DNA from: Alphaproteobacteria bacterium
GTDB lineage: Bacteria > Pseudomonadota > Alphaproteobacteria > Bin95
Reading direction: 5' to 3'
NCBI GenBank assembly: GCA_965205265.1
Contig: CBDBGH010000003.1
Coordinates: 1,088,001-1,152,000 of the forward strand
Length of the DNA: 64,000 bases
The translations under genes and the position numbers were made by a program. The notes beneath the pieces are model-generated. The model was not told the DNA's origin, made no database searches, and saw only the letters and a program-made list of their open reading frames with translations. The first letter of the stretch is position 1, and each line of letters begins with the position of its first letter. Of this stretch, positions 21,029 to 30,074 are shown piece after piece.

Positions 21029-22195
21029 CTAGATCCCGATGTCCTCCAGATTGTAGTCGCGGATGTCCTCCTTCGCTGCCGGCGTCCAGCGATAGTTGCC
21101 GGCCTCGCCGGCGAGAGGCTCGTAGCGGTAGGGCTCCTCGTCCGGCCGGCGCTGGCGGCGCGCGTCGATGGCGTAAAGGATGAGCCGCGCGCGGCGCCGG
21201 ATATAGTCGGCATCGTAAACCGAGACCGGGTTGTGAACGCCGCCGGTCTTCACATCCAGCACGAACCGCCGGCGGTGGAAGCCCATATTGAGGGTCACGC
21301 GCGGTTTCGAGCCGGTATTGGCGAAGGAGCCGTGGAGCGCCTGCCGGTTCACGATCGCCACATCGCCGGGCGCGCAGATCAGCGGCACGGCCTCCGGCAG
21401 GCGGTCCGAACCCGCGGCCGCCACCATCGCCCTGATGTCCGCCCGGCCGCCGCTGTGCGACCCCGGCACCACCCAGAGGCCGTTCACGGCGTCGCAACCG
21501 TAGAGCTGCGCCACGAAGTTGAAGCCGTGGCTGCCTTCGTCCAGTTCCGGACTGTCCCAGTGGGTCCAGCCGTCCTGGTGCCAGGCGACGGAGCCGCCGA
21601 GGCGCGGATGCTTGATCCAGACCGCCTCGTTGAACGGCGTGAAGTCGCTTCCGTTGACGGCCTCCGCCACCTTCAGCAGCCCCGGGTGCCCGTAGAGACG
21701 CAGGCAGGCTTCCGAATATTGCAGGGAGCCGTGGATGAGCTGCAGCACATGGGACGGGGCGCCGTCCGGCGCCTCGGGCTCCAGCATCTTCGCCGGGTGC
21801 CGTCCGAATGCGTAATCGGTGCCGCCCACCGGGTCGGACAGCGGTTTCACCCAGCCGAGGCCGCGCCCCTTTCTGCCGTAGTCGAAAGCGGGTTGCCCGT
21901 GCCTGTCCGTCTCTGCGCCCGGAGCGGTCGGCGCGCGGTCCAGCAGGTCGGCGAGGTCGCGTTCGATGTCGGCCAGTTCCTCGGGGTCCAGAACCCGCTC
22001 GAAGATGTAGAAGCCGTGGCGCCAATAGGCATCCAGGATGGCGGGATCGAGCGCGCCGTCCGGGCCGAAGCGGAGCGGCCCGCGGTTGTCGAGGGCGAGC
22101 GCCCGCTTCGTCCCGGCCTCGCGGTAGCGCACCATGTCCGCTTCGGCGTCGCCGTAATCGACCGGCGGGGCTTCGTAGAGGGCGAGCGCGGTCAT
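21029..22195 (-). CDS. Phytanoyl-CoA dioxygenase family protein
   Basis: YWRHGFY, VAWHQDG, NGLWVVPGSH, PGDV....ALHGS..N...R; start trimmed. Confidence 0.88.
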   Translation of the reverse strand: MTALALYEAPPVDYGDAEADMVRYREAGTKRALALDNRGPLRFGPDGALDPAILDAYWRHGFYIFERVLDPEELADIERDLADLLDRAPTAPGAETDRHGQPAFDYGRKGRGLGWVKPLSDPVGGTDYAFGRHPAKMLEPEAPDGAPSHVLQLIHGSLQYSEACLRLYGHPGLLKVAEAVNGSDFTPFNEAVWIKHPRLGGSVAWHQDGWTHWDSPELDEGSHGFNFVAQLYGCDAVNGLWVVPGSHSGGRADIRAMVAAAGSDRLPEAVPLICAPGDVAIVNRQALHGSFANTGSKPRVTLNMGFHRRRFVLDVKTGGVHNPVSVYDADYIRRRARLILYAIDARRQRRPDEEPYRYEPLAGEAGNYRWTPAAKEDIRDYNLEDIGI

Positions 22196-22196
22196 G

Positions 22197-23093
22197 TCAG
22201 CGGTTGGTCGCCGCCGGCTCGAAGGAGTCGGCGCGTTCGTCCCGTCCGGTCTCGACGAGCTCGCTTGCCGGGTCGCCCGCGACCCGGACATGGCGCAACA
22301 CCCGGGGCTCGCCGTAGTCGTAGGGCATGGCCCGGTGCAGCACGCAGCGATTGTCCCAGATCATCAGGTCGCCGGGCTCCCAGGAATGCGAATAGACGCG
22401 CGGCGCTCGGCAGGCATGGTCCAGCAATTCGTCGAGCAGCGCCTGGGCGTCCTCGTCCGCCATGCCCGGAATCCGGAAGGCGTGGCGCCCGATGAACAGC
22501 GACTTTCGCCCGGTCACCGGATGGGTCTTGACCAGCGGCCGGAGCGGCGCGCCCCTGGTGTGGTAGCCGTAGCCTTCCCCGGTCCTGAACTCGAAGCCTG
22601 CCTTCGCCTGCGAGGCGTATAGCGAGTGGTAGGCGGCGAGGCCGACGATGCGCTCCTTCGTATCGTGGTTTAGCGTGTCGTAGGCGTCGCGCATATCGGC
22701 CAGTTCGGTTTCGCCGCCTTTCGAGGGCGTTACCTCCGCCGCAAGCGCGGATGCCTTGGCGGCGAGCGGCATATAGGAGCTGTCCGTGTGCCAGCCTTCA
22801 TTGCCGCGCAGCGTCTGGTAGCGCTTTTCCTCCGGCTTCATGATTTCGCCGTCCGCCCTCTTGTTGGAGATGCGGACCGCCTTGGCGTCGCCGCGAAGGT
22901 ATTCGATGTCCCCGAACCGCTCGCCGAAGGCGATATGCTCCTCGTCGCTCAGATGCTGCGCCGGGAAGACGAGGGCCCCGTATTCGTGGAACGCGTCCTC
23001 GACTTCGCGCCATTCGCCGTCGCTCATGTCGCCGAGCGCAATATCGGTGATCCGCGCGCCCAGGGTGCAGTCGAGAGGGGCGATATCGACCAT
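22197..23093 (-). CDS. TauD/TfdA family Fe(II)/2OG dioxygenase
   Basis: WHTDSSY, GGET..ADM..AY, HPVTGRKSL, WEPGDL.IWDNRCVLHR. Confidence 0.93.
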   Translation of the reverse strand: MVDIAPLDCTLGARITDIALGDMSDGEWREVEDAFHEYGALVFPAQHLSDEEHIAFGERFGDIEYLRGDAKAVRISNKRADGEIMKPEEKRYQTLRGNEGWHTDSSYMPLAAKASALAAEVTPSKGGETELADMRDAYDTLNHDTKERIVGLAAYHSLYASQAKAGFEFRTGEGYGYHTRGAPLRPLVKTHPVTGRKSLFIGRHAFRIPGMADEDAQALLDELLDHACRAPRVYSHSWEPGDLMIWDNRCVLHRAMPYDYGEPRVLRHVRVAGDPASELVETGRDERADSFEPAATNR

Positions 23094-23212
23094 GAAACCT
23101 CTCCTCGCCGGTCTCCCGGAATATTGCGACGGCGCCGGTCCCGCTGCAAGGGTGCGCGGCAACGCCCGCCATGCCAGAATGAGGGCGGCGCCGATCTCGG
23201 GGAGGGGAGGGG

Positions 23213-23947
23213 ATGACCGCGAAATTCGACTATTCGGGCAAGCTCGTGCTGGTGACGGGCGGGTCGAGCGGCATCGGCCGGGCGATCGCCGTCGGGTTCC
23301 GCGACGCAGGTGCCGCGGTGACCGTTCTCGGCACGCGGGGCGGCCCGGAGGACTATCCCGACGATCTCTCGGGCATGGCCTACCGCCGGCTCGACATGAC
23401 GGACAATGACGGCATCCTCGCGCTCGCCGCCGACATGCCGGCCCTCGATGTGCTTGTGAATTCCGCCGGCACGACCGTGCGCGGCCCGGCGGCGTTCGAG
23501 CCGGACAATTTCGAATACACCGTGCAGGTCAACCTGAACGGCGCCTACCGCATGTCCCATGCCTTCCGCGAACAGCTGAAGGCGTCCGGCGGCTCGATCG
23601 TCAACATCGCGTCGATGACGAGCTATTTTTCCTCGCCGCGCGGGCCGGGCTACGGCGCGTCGAAGGCCGGCATCCTCCAGCTGACGCAGTCGCTCGCATC
23701 CGCATGGGCGCGGGACGGCGTCCGCGTCAACGGCATTGCGCCCGGCTGGATCGCGACCAAGCTGACCGCGCCCGTGCAGGCCAACGAGCCGGTGAACCGG
23801 AAAATCATGGAGCGCACGCCGATGGGCCGCTGGGGGCAGCCGGAGGAAATGGCCGGGACCGCGCTCTATCTGGCGTCCGACGCCGCCGGTTTCGTAACGG
23901 GCGTCACCATCCCGGTGGACGGCGGCTGGTCCGCCGAGGGCGTCTGA
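23213..23947 (+). CDS. SDR family oxidoreductase
   Basis: TGGSSGIG, NSAG, YGASK, VNGIAPG, PVDGG. Confidence 0.93.
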   Translation: MTAKFDYSGKLVLVTGGSSGIGRAIAVGFRDAGAAVTVLGTRGGPEDYPDDLSGMAYRRLDMTDNDGILALAADMPALDVLVNSAGTTVRGPAAFEPDNFEYTVQVNLNGAYRMSHAFREQLKASGGSIVNIASMTSYFSSPRGPGYGASKAGILQLTQSLASAWARDGVRVNGIAPGWIATKLTAPVQANEPVNRKIMERTPMGRWGQPEEMAGTALYLASDAAGFVTGVTIPVDGGWSAEGV

Positions 23948-24002
23948 CGCCCGCGCCGTTCCCGCACATCCCCGAACGACCGCAAGTGGAGAAAGCACAC
24001 CC

Positions 24003-25271
24003 ATGACCCTGTCCAGCGTAAGCGACGTCGACGCCTCGTCGCCGAAACATCTCCGGGGGCGCTACGCCATCGCCGGGGTGGGGGAGACCGCCTATATGCG
24101 CGGCTCGGAATACTCGACCCGCTCGCTCGCCACCTGGGCGATCAAGAACGCGATGGACGATGCCGGCCTGGCACCCGGCGATATCGACGGCATGCTGAGC
24201 TATTCCGGCAACGACTCGATCTTCTCGCCCTTCGTCGCCGGCGATCTGGGCATCCGGCTGAACTTCTACATGGACGTGCATGGCGGCGGGTCCTCGACCG
24301 AGGCGCTGATCGGTATCGCCATCGGCGTGATCGAGGCGGGAATGTGCAACACCGTGGCGATCTTCCGGTCGATGAACGGCTACAGCCAGGTGCGCATCGG
24401 CGGCACCGGCGCGCGCTCGGCCGTGCCGATCAACGGCGACCAGATCCACCACCGCGCCTATGGCTGGCAGAGCGCCGGGCAGATGTTCGCCCCGACCTTC
24501 CTGCGCCACATGTACGACTACGGCACGACGCCGGAGCAGGTGGCGGCGGTCAAGGTCGCCCACTCGAAGCACGCCTCCAACAACCCGAAGGCGTATTACA
24601 AGAGGCGGTTCACCGTCGAGGATGTCGTGAGCAGCCGCATCATCTGCAAGCCGCTGCACCTGCTCGACTGCTGCGTCGAGACGGACAATGCGACCTGTGT
24701 GATCGTCACCCGGCTCGACCGGGCGCGCGACTGCCGCCAGCCGCCGGCGGTGATCCAGTCCGTGGTCGGGCGCTGCTGCAAGCCGCGCATCGACATGCAC
24801 TACCAGCACGGGCCCATTTCGACCGTCGCCGGCCACTACGCCAGGGACATCCTGTTCCCGAATGCCGGCGTCTCGCCGGAAGACATCGACCTGACCGGCT
24901 CCTACGACGCCTTCACCTTCACCACCATGCTGCAACTGGAAGACTACGGCTTCTGCAAGAAGGGCGAGGGCGGCGACTACGTGTCTTCGGGTATCATCGA
25001 GCTCGGCGGCAAGCGGCCCAACAACACCTCCGGCGGGCATCTTTGCGAAGGTTATACCCACGGCATGAACATGGTGATCGAGAACACCCGCCAATTGCGG
25101 GGCGAGGTGGACGACAGCTGCCCCGTCGGGCCGGACGGCAAGCGGCAGCACACTTACGACTACGGCGAGGGCGGCTGCCGGCAGGTGAAGGACGTGGAGC
25201 TGACCGCCAATCTCGGCTGGGCCATGCCGGGCACCGGCTCCGCCATGATCATGTCCAAAGACGCGCGCTGA
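24003..25271 (+). CDS. Thiolase-like protein (SCP-x/Ltp2 aldolase type)
   Basis: AIAGVGET, DAGL...DIDG, HASNNPKA, LLDCCVETD, SYDAFT, NTSGGHL.EGYTHG. Confidence 0.88.
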   Translation: MTLSSVSDVDASSPKHLRGRYAIAGVGETAYMRGSEYSTRSLATWAIKNAMDDAGLAPGDIDGMLSYSGNDSIFSPFVAGDLGIRLNFYMDVHGGGSSTEALIGIAIGVIEAGMCNTVAIFRSMNGYSQVRIGGTGARSAVPINGDQIHHRAYGWQSAGQMFAPTFLRHMYDYGTTPEQVAAVKVAHSKHASNNPKAYYKRRFTVEDVVSSRIICKPLHLLDCCVETDNATCVIVTRLDRARDCRQPPAVIQSVVGRCCKPRIDMHYQHGPISTVAGHYARDILFPNAGVSPEDIDLTGSYDAFTFTTMLQLEDYGFCKKGEGGDYVSSGIIELGGKRPNNTSGGHLCEGYTHGMNMVIENTRQLRGEVDDSCPVGPDGKRQHTYDYGEGGCRQVKDVELTANLGWAMPGTGSAMIMSKDAR

Positions 25272-25284
25272 GGGGGGAACGGTA

Positions 25285-25806
25285 ATGCCGCTTCAAGGCG
25301 AATATATGGGCATGATGCTCACCATCGACGATGTGGACCGCGAAAACCGGGAGTTCTTCGCCTGGTGCGACAAGGGCGAGTTCCGCCTGCAGCGGAGCCC
25401 GGAGAGCGGGCTGTTGCGCTATCCGCCGACCACAGCCTGCCCCTGGAGCACGGACCGCGACTACGAATGGGTTCCGGTCGAGGGAAAGGGCGCGGTGCAT
25501 TCCTATGTGGAGGTGCACCACCCGATCCAGCCGGCCTTCCGCGACAAGGTCCCCTACATGATCCTGCTGGTCGATCTCGACACGCAGAAGGGCGAGCCCT
25601 CGGAGCATGAGGCGCTCAGGGTCGCGGGCAATCTGGTGACGGCCGATGGCGAGTTCGCGCCGCCGGAGACGATCCGGTCGGTCGGAATCGGCACCCGCGT
25701 GCGCATGGTGTTCTCGAAGGTCGCGGACGGCTTTTCGCTGCCGCAATGGACCATCGACGAAGACGCCGAACAGCCGGAAGCACCCTGGCGCTACCCGCAG
25801 GAATAG
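25285..25806 (+). CDS. DUF35/ChsH2-like OB-fold partner protein
   Basis: FRLQR...G..RYPP...CP, WVPVEGKGAVHSY, PYMILLVDL, IGTRV. Confidence 0.88.
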   Translation: MPLQGEYMGMMLTIDDVDRENREFFAWCDKGEFRLQRSPESGLLRYPPTTACPWSTDRDYEWVPVEGKGAVHSYVEVHHPIQPAFRDKVPYMILLVDLDTQKGEPSEHEALRVAGNLVTADGEFAPPETIRSVGIGTRVRMVFSKVADGFSLPQWTIDEDAEQPEAPWRYPQE

Positions 25807-25819
25807 GCCGCAGACGGCC

Positions 25820-25847
25820 GCGGGCCGCGACGACGAAAGCGGCCCGC
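25820..25847. terminator. Hairpin between convergent genes
   Basis: GCGGGCCGC-N10-GCGGCCCGC. Confidence 0.45.
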
Positions 25848-25880
25848 GCCCGAAATGGAGCCGGATACTGCTCCGGCGGC

Positions 25881-26879
25881 TCAGGCGGGGAATTGCGCGT
25901 TGGCGCCCGCGCCGACATCGAACACGTCCCCGGAGATCAGGGCCGCTTGCGGGCCGCAGAGGAAGCGCACGCAGTCGCCGATGCGCGACGGCTCGTAGAG
26001 GCCGACCGGCAGGATATGGCGCCCCTTCGCCCCCTCGTTGAACTGCTCGAAGGTGAGCTTCCGGCCGGGCACGATGTTGGAAAGGATGTATTCGTTGTCG
26101 AGCAGTCCGGTGCGGACCAGCGTCGGGCAGACCGCGTTGCAGGTCACGTTGTGCGGTCCGAGGGCCAGCGCGGTGCTCTTCGCGATCCCGATCGCGGCCC
26201 ATTTGGTCGCCGAATAGACCGGGAAGTTCGCGCTGCCGGCGCGGCCGGTCACCGAGGACATCACGACGATCCGGCCGGATTTCCGGTCTCGAAGGATCGG
26301 GGTCGCGGCCTGTATCGTCTTCATGACCCCCTTGAAGTTGATGTCGGTCACCAGAGACAGCGCGTCTTCATCGAAGCTTTCCAGCGGGCCGACCTGGGTG
26401 ATGCCGGCATTGGCCACCACCAGATCGAGACCGCCCAGCTCCCGCACGGCGCGGTCCACTGCGGCCTTTTGCGCCCCGAAATCGCGCACGTCGCCCTGCA
26501 CGGCGATGCATTTCACGCCTTTCGATTCGACGGCCGCCTTCGCTTCGGCCAGATCGGCGGCGGTCGCCAGAGGATAGGGGACTTCGGGCAGTTGCCGCGC
26601 AATGTCGAACAGCAGGACATTCGCGCCGCCGTCCGCCAGGGCTTCCGCGCAGGCCCGGCCGATGCCGCGGGCGGCGCCGGTCACGAAGGCCGTCTTGCCG
26701 GCCAGCTCTCCCGTGGCGGCGGACTCCCGGGCCTCGGCGCTGTCGGCAACGGCGGCGGCGACGCCGGCGACGCCGAGACCGACGGCGCCGGCGAGCGCGG
26801 TCCTGCGCGTGATCGCCGGCCGGTCGGTCGCGGTATCCGTCCGGGGTTCGGGGGCGGGGGATGTGGATGCGTTCGACAT
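25881..26879 (-). CDS. SDR oxidoreductase, mycofactocin-coupled/nicotinoprotein type, with twin-arginine signal peptide
   Basis: TRRTAL + hydrophobic stretch + AEA; TGAARGIG; FDIARQLPEVPYPLATAADL insertion; YSATK; NAVCPT.V.TG. Confidence 0.85.
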   Translation of the reverse strand: MSNASTSPAPEPRTDTATDRPAITRRTALAGAVGLGVAGVAAAVADSAEARESAATGELAGKTAFVTGAARGIGRACAEALADGGANVLLFDIARQLPEVPYPLATAADLAEAKAAVESKGVKCIAVQGDVRDFGAQKAAVDRAVRELGGLDLVVANAGITQVGPLESFDEDALSLVTDINFKGVMKTIQAATPILRDRKSGRIVVMSSVTGRAGSANFPVYSATKWAAIGIAKSTALALGPHNVTCNAVCPTLVRTGLLDNEYILSNIVPGRKLTFEQFNEGAKGRHILPVGLYEPSRIGDCVRFLCGPQAALISGDVFDVGAGANAQFPA

Positions 26880-26946
26880 GGGGATGGTTCCTCGGTTTCG
26901 TGGGTGGGCCGGCTTGCCGGATTTGCGGATTCGCGCGGCCCGCGCG

Positions 26947-27002
26947 TAAACAAATGATTATTTAGTGTCTTCCCATGATTATGTCAACAAATGATTACTA
27001 AC
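26947..27002. promoter_or_regulatory. Putative TetR operators in a divergent promoter region
   Basis: AT-rich island with AACAAATGATTA at 26949-26960 and 26986-26997 and a partial ATGATTA at 26975-26981. Confidence 0.7.
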
Positions 27003-27014
27003 GGGAGCAAAGCT

Positions 27015-27614
27015 GTGAAGGAAACCAACGCGCCGCGCCGGCGCGACGCCGCCGCCACCGCCGAACGCATCCGGCGCGCGGCGCAAGAGGCTTTTCACGA
27101 CAAGGGCTACGAGGGGGCGACGATACGGGAGATCGCCGATCGCGCCGGGGTCAACCTGGCGCTGATAAAGCGGTATTACGGCTCCAAGCTCGGCCTGTTC
27201 GAAAAGGCCGTGCTACCGTTCTTGACCCTGGAGGCTTTCCTCGACAAGCCGGCCGACGATCTCGGCGAGAGGCTGGCCGACCACTATGTCCGCACCGAAC
27301 CGATGGAGCGGTTCGACCCGATTCTCGTATTGCTGAAATCGGTCTCCAGCCCCGATGCCGGGCCGCTCCTGGTCGAGGCGGTGGAGCGGCAGGCGGTCAT
27401 GCCGCTTGCCGAAGCTCTCGGAGGCGAGGACGCCGAAGCGCGCGCAATCCTGATTGCGACCCAGATTGCCGGGCTGATCCTGTGGTTCCGGGCGATGAGG
27501 CAATCGCCCCGAAGCGAGGCGGAAAGGCAGGCGATCCGCGTCCGGCTCTCGGCCTATTTCAGGGAATTGACGCAAGGCGGTTCTATCCCTGCTGACGGCA
27601 AGACGGCCGGATAG
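27015..27614 (+). CDS. TetR family transcriptional regulator
   Basis: RRDAAAT..RI..AA...F...GY.GATIREIA.RAGVN.ALI..YYGSK; GTG start after GGGAG. Confidence 0.93.
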   Translation: MKETNAPRRRDAAATAERIRRAAQEAFHDKGYEGATIREIADRAGVNLALIKRYYGSKLGLFEKAVLPFLTLEAFLDKPADDLGERLADHYVRTEPMERFDPILVLLKSVSSPDAGPLLVEAVERQAVMPLAEALGGEDAEARAILIATQIAGLILWFRAMRQSPRSEAERQAIRVRLSAYFRELTQGGSIPADGKTAG

Positions 27615-27661
27615 ACGGGACCGGGGCTCGGCCCTGCCGCGCCTGCCGGCCCGCAACCGGC

Positions 27662-28756
27662 TCAGGCGACGGTGTAGTCCCTGAGGACTTCCGGGCTCGG
27701 GTCGGAGCCGAGTCCGGGGCCGTCCGGCACGGCGATGCGTCCGTCCTCGACCTTGCAGAGATCGCCGAAAATCTCGGCTTCGTGCACGCCGAAGAAGCGC
27801 TCGACCGGCTCTTCGTTATCCGCAACGGCGAGCAGGTGCAGGGTTGCGAGGAAGCCCGGCCCGAAATAGGGCGAGTGCGGCACATAGCGGACATTGTGCA
27901 GGTTGCAGAGCGCTTCCACCTTGCGCATCTCCGTTACGCCGCCGACCTTCGTCACGCTCGGCTGGGCCACGTCCACCGCGTCGGCCTGGAGCATGGCCTG
28001 GAATTGCCATGCGGTGCAGAGGTTCTCGCCGGCCGCAATGCCCATGTCGAACAGGCCCCGCAATTCGGCGAGGCCGGCGAAATTCTCCGGCGGCCACATC
28101 GGCTCTTCCAGCCAATGCACGTCGTGCGGCTCGAAGCTCTCCGCTTTCGCCAGAGCCTCCGCCAGGGTCCACGGGCAGTTGGTGTCCACCATCAGCTTCG
28201 CCTCGGCCGGGATGGCGGCGCGGGCGGCGGCGACGGCCGGCTCCATGCGCTCATGCAGCTTGACCCAGCCATAGCCCTGCGCGGCGGCGTCGGCCGAGCG
28301 CTCGCCCACGAGGTCCGGTTCGAAATAGCGCAGCAGGCTCGCATAGGCTTCCAGCGACATGCGCTGCGCGCCGCCGAGCAGGCGGTGGAGCGGCATGCCG
28401 GCGGCCTTGCCGGCAATGTCCCAGAGCGCGATGTCGAGGCCGGAAAGCGCATAGACGGTTTGCCCATAGCGCCCGAAAATGTGCAGGGTCTTCTGCAGTT
28501 CGGCATGGAGCGCGGCGATGTCGCCGGCGTCCCGGCCGATGACGAGCGGGGCGATCATGGTCTCCAGCGCCGCCCGCGTGGAGGGGATGGCGTTGAACCC
28601 GAAGGCTTCTCCCCAGCCTACATGGCCTTCCTCCGTCTCGACGCGCACAAGCAGCGTGTCGAGATTGCGCCATTCCGTGCCGCCGAAGCCCGTCGGCGGG
28701 CCGCCATGGTCGAAGGGGATCGAAAGCGTGACGGTTTCGACAGTCGCGATCTTCAA
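27662..28756 (-). CDS. Mandelate racemase/muconate lactonizing enzyme family (enolase superfamily)
   Basis: GWGE, SGLDIALWDIAGK, KLMVD.N, WLEEP, AAGEN, KVGG, PGLG; TTG start overlapping the upstream stop. Confidence 0.92.
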   Translation of the reverse strand: MKIATVETVTLSIPFDHGGPPTGFGGTEWRNLDTLLVRVETEEGHVGWGEAFGFNAIPSTRAALETMIAPLVIGRDAGDIAALHAELQKTLHIFGRYGQTVYALSGLDIALWDIAGKAAGMPLHRLLGGAQRMSLEAYASLLRYFEPDLVGERSADAAAQGYGWVKLHERMEPAVAAARAAIPAEAKLMVDTNCPWTLAEALAKAESFEPHDVHWLEEPMWPPENFAGLAELRGLFDMGIAAGENLCTAWQFQAMLQADAVDVAQPSVTKVGGVTEMRKVEALCNLHNVRYVPHSPYFGPGFLATLHLLAVADNEEPVERFFGVHEAEIFGDLCKVEDGRIAVPDGPGLGSDPSPEVLRDYTVA

Positions 28757-29808
28757 GGATTGGCCCCCCTCTCGGCCTCGATCCAGGCATCCAGCATTTT
28801 CTCGATGCCCGCTTGCGACAGCCCGTCGCCGATGAAGACGAGCCGGCTGGTGCGGTCGTCGGAAGGCCAGGCCTCCAGAATCGCCGGCGGGTGGAACATG
28901 TGCTGCACGCCATGCACCGCGACCGGCGTCTCCAGCCCCGTGACATTCAGGATGCCCTTGAGGCGCAGCAGCGACTCGCCGTGGGAGGTAATCAGCGCCT
29001 CCAGGAAGCCGACCCATGTGTTCCAGGTGCATTCATCCTCCCGGCGCAGGCAGAAGGAGGTGAACCGCTCGTCATGGCGATGGCCGTGGTGGTGGTGGTG
29101 GTCGTGGTCGTGGTGATCGTGGGCCTCGAATGCCTGCTCCCTCAGCCAGTTGCGGACATCGGCGGACTTGGTCTCCGGGTCGTAGAGCCCCGCGCCGAAC
29201 AAGCGGCCGGGGTCGATTTCGCCGTGGACCGCGCGGTAACGCGGCGCGCTCGGATTGATGCCCGAAAGGCGCCCTTCCAGCGCGTCCAGGTCCTTGTCCC
29301 CGGCGAGGTCGGTCTTGGTGAGCAGCAGCCGGTCGGCCATGGCCGCCTGCTTCAGCGATTCCTCGTGCCGGTCGAGCTGCCCGCCGCCATGCACGCCGTC
29401 CACCGTCGTCACCACGCTGTCGAGGCGGAAGCAGGTCGCGACCAGCGGGTCGGCCATCAGCGTGTGCAGCACCGGCGCGGGGTCGGCGAGCCCCGTGGTC
29501 TCGATCACCACGCGGTCGAAGGCCGGGATTTCCTCGCGCGCGCGCCGGGCGAACAGGTCGCGCAGGGTCTCGGCGAGCTCGCCCCGGATCGTGCAGCACA
29601 CGCAGCCCGAATCCATCACCATGATGTTCTCGTCGTTCGAGGCCGCGACCAGCTCGTGGTCGAGCCCGACTTCGCCGAACTCGTTGATGACGACGGCGGT
29701 CTTCTCCATTCCCGGCTGGCGGATCAGGCGCGAAAGCAGGGTGGTCTTGCCGCTGCCGAGAAAGCCGGTGATGACGCTGACCGGAAGCGGCTCGTTCCCG
29801 CCGTTCAC
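28753..29808 (-). CDS. CobW/COG0523 family GTP-dependent metallochaperone
   Basis: TGFLGSGKTT, NEFGE, GCVCC, ETTGLADP, His-rich HDHHDHDHHHHHGH, RLKG, HGVQ. Confidence 0.95.
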   Translation of the reverse strand: MNGGNEPLPVSVITGFLGSGKTTLLSRLIRQPGMEKTAVVINEFGEVGLDHELVAASNDENIMVMDSGCVCCTIRGELAETLRDLFARRAREEIPAFDRVVIETTGLADPAPVLHTLMADPLVATCFRLDSVVTTVDGVHGGGQLDRHEESLKQAAMADRLLLTKTDLAGDKDLDALEGRLSGINPSAPRYRAVHGEIDPGRLFGAGLYDPETKSADVRNWLREQAFEAHDHHDHDHHHHHGHRHDERFTSFCLRREDECTWNTWVGFLEALITSHGESLLRLKGILNVTGLETPVAVHGVQHMFHPPAILEAWPSDDRTSRLVFIGDGLSQAGIEKMLDAWIEAERGANP

Positions 29809-30047
29809 CGAAAGGCCTTGAAGGTAATCAGCGTGAAGGTGTCGGTGACGCCGGGCAGGGTCTGGAGGCGCTCGGTGACGAAATGGCCGGGGTCCGCGCC
29901 GTCCTCGAGGTAGCATTTGACCAGAAGGTCGTACTGCCCCGAGGTGGAATAGATCTCGGACGCCTGCTCCACGTCCTGGGCCAGCCGGTCGGCGACTTCA
30001 TAGGCCTTGCCGAGAGAACATTTCACCATGACGAAGATCGGTCTCAT
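29805..30047 (-). CDS. Lrp/AsnC ligand-binding domain-only protein
   Basis: 80 aa, IFVMVKC..GK...VA, YSTSGQYDLL, LPGV.DT.T. Confidence 0.88.
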   Translation of the reverse strand: MRPIFVMVKCSLGKAYEVADRLAQDVEQASEIYSTSGQYDLLVKCYLEDGADPGHFVTERLQTLPGVTDTFTLITFKAFR

Positions 30048-30074
30048 CCTGGCCTCCCGGCCTTTGCCGGCGCG

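Noticed and set aside
29070-29125. Short tandem (GTG/GTC) repeat
   Set aside because: It encodes the His-rich linker of the COG0523 protein.
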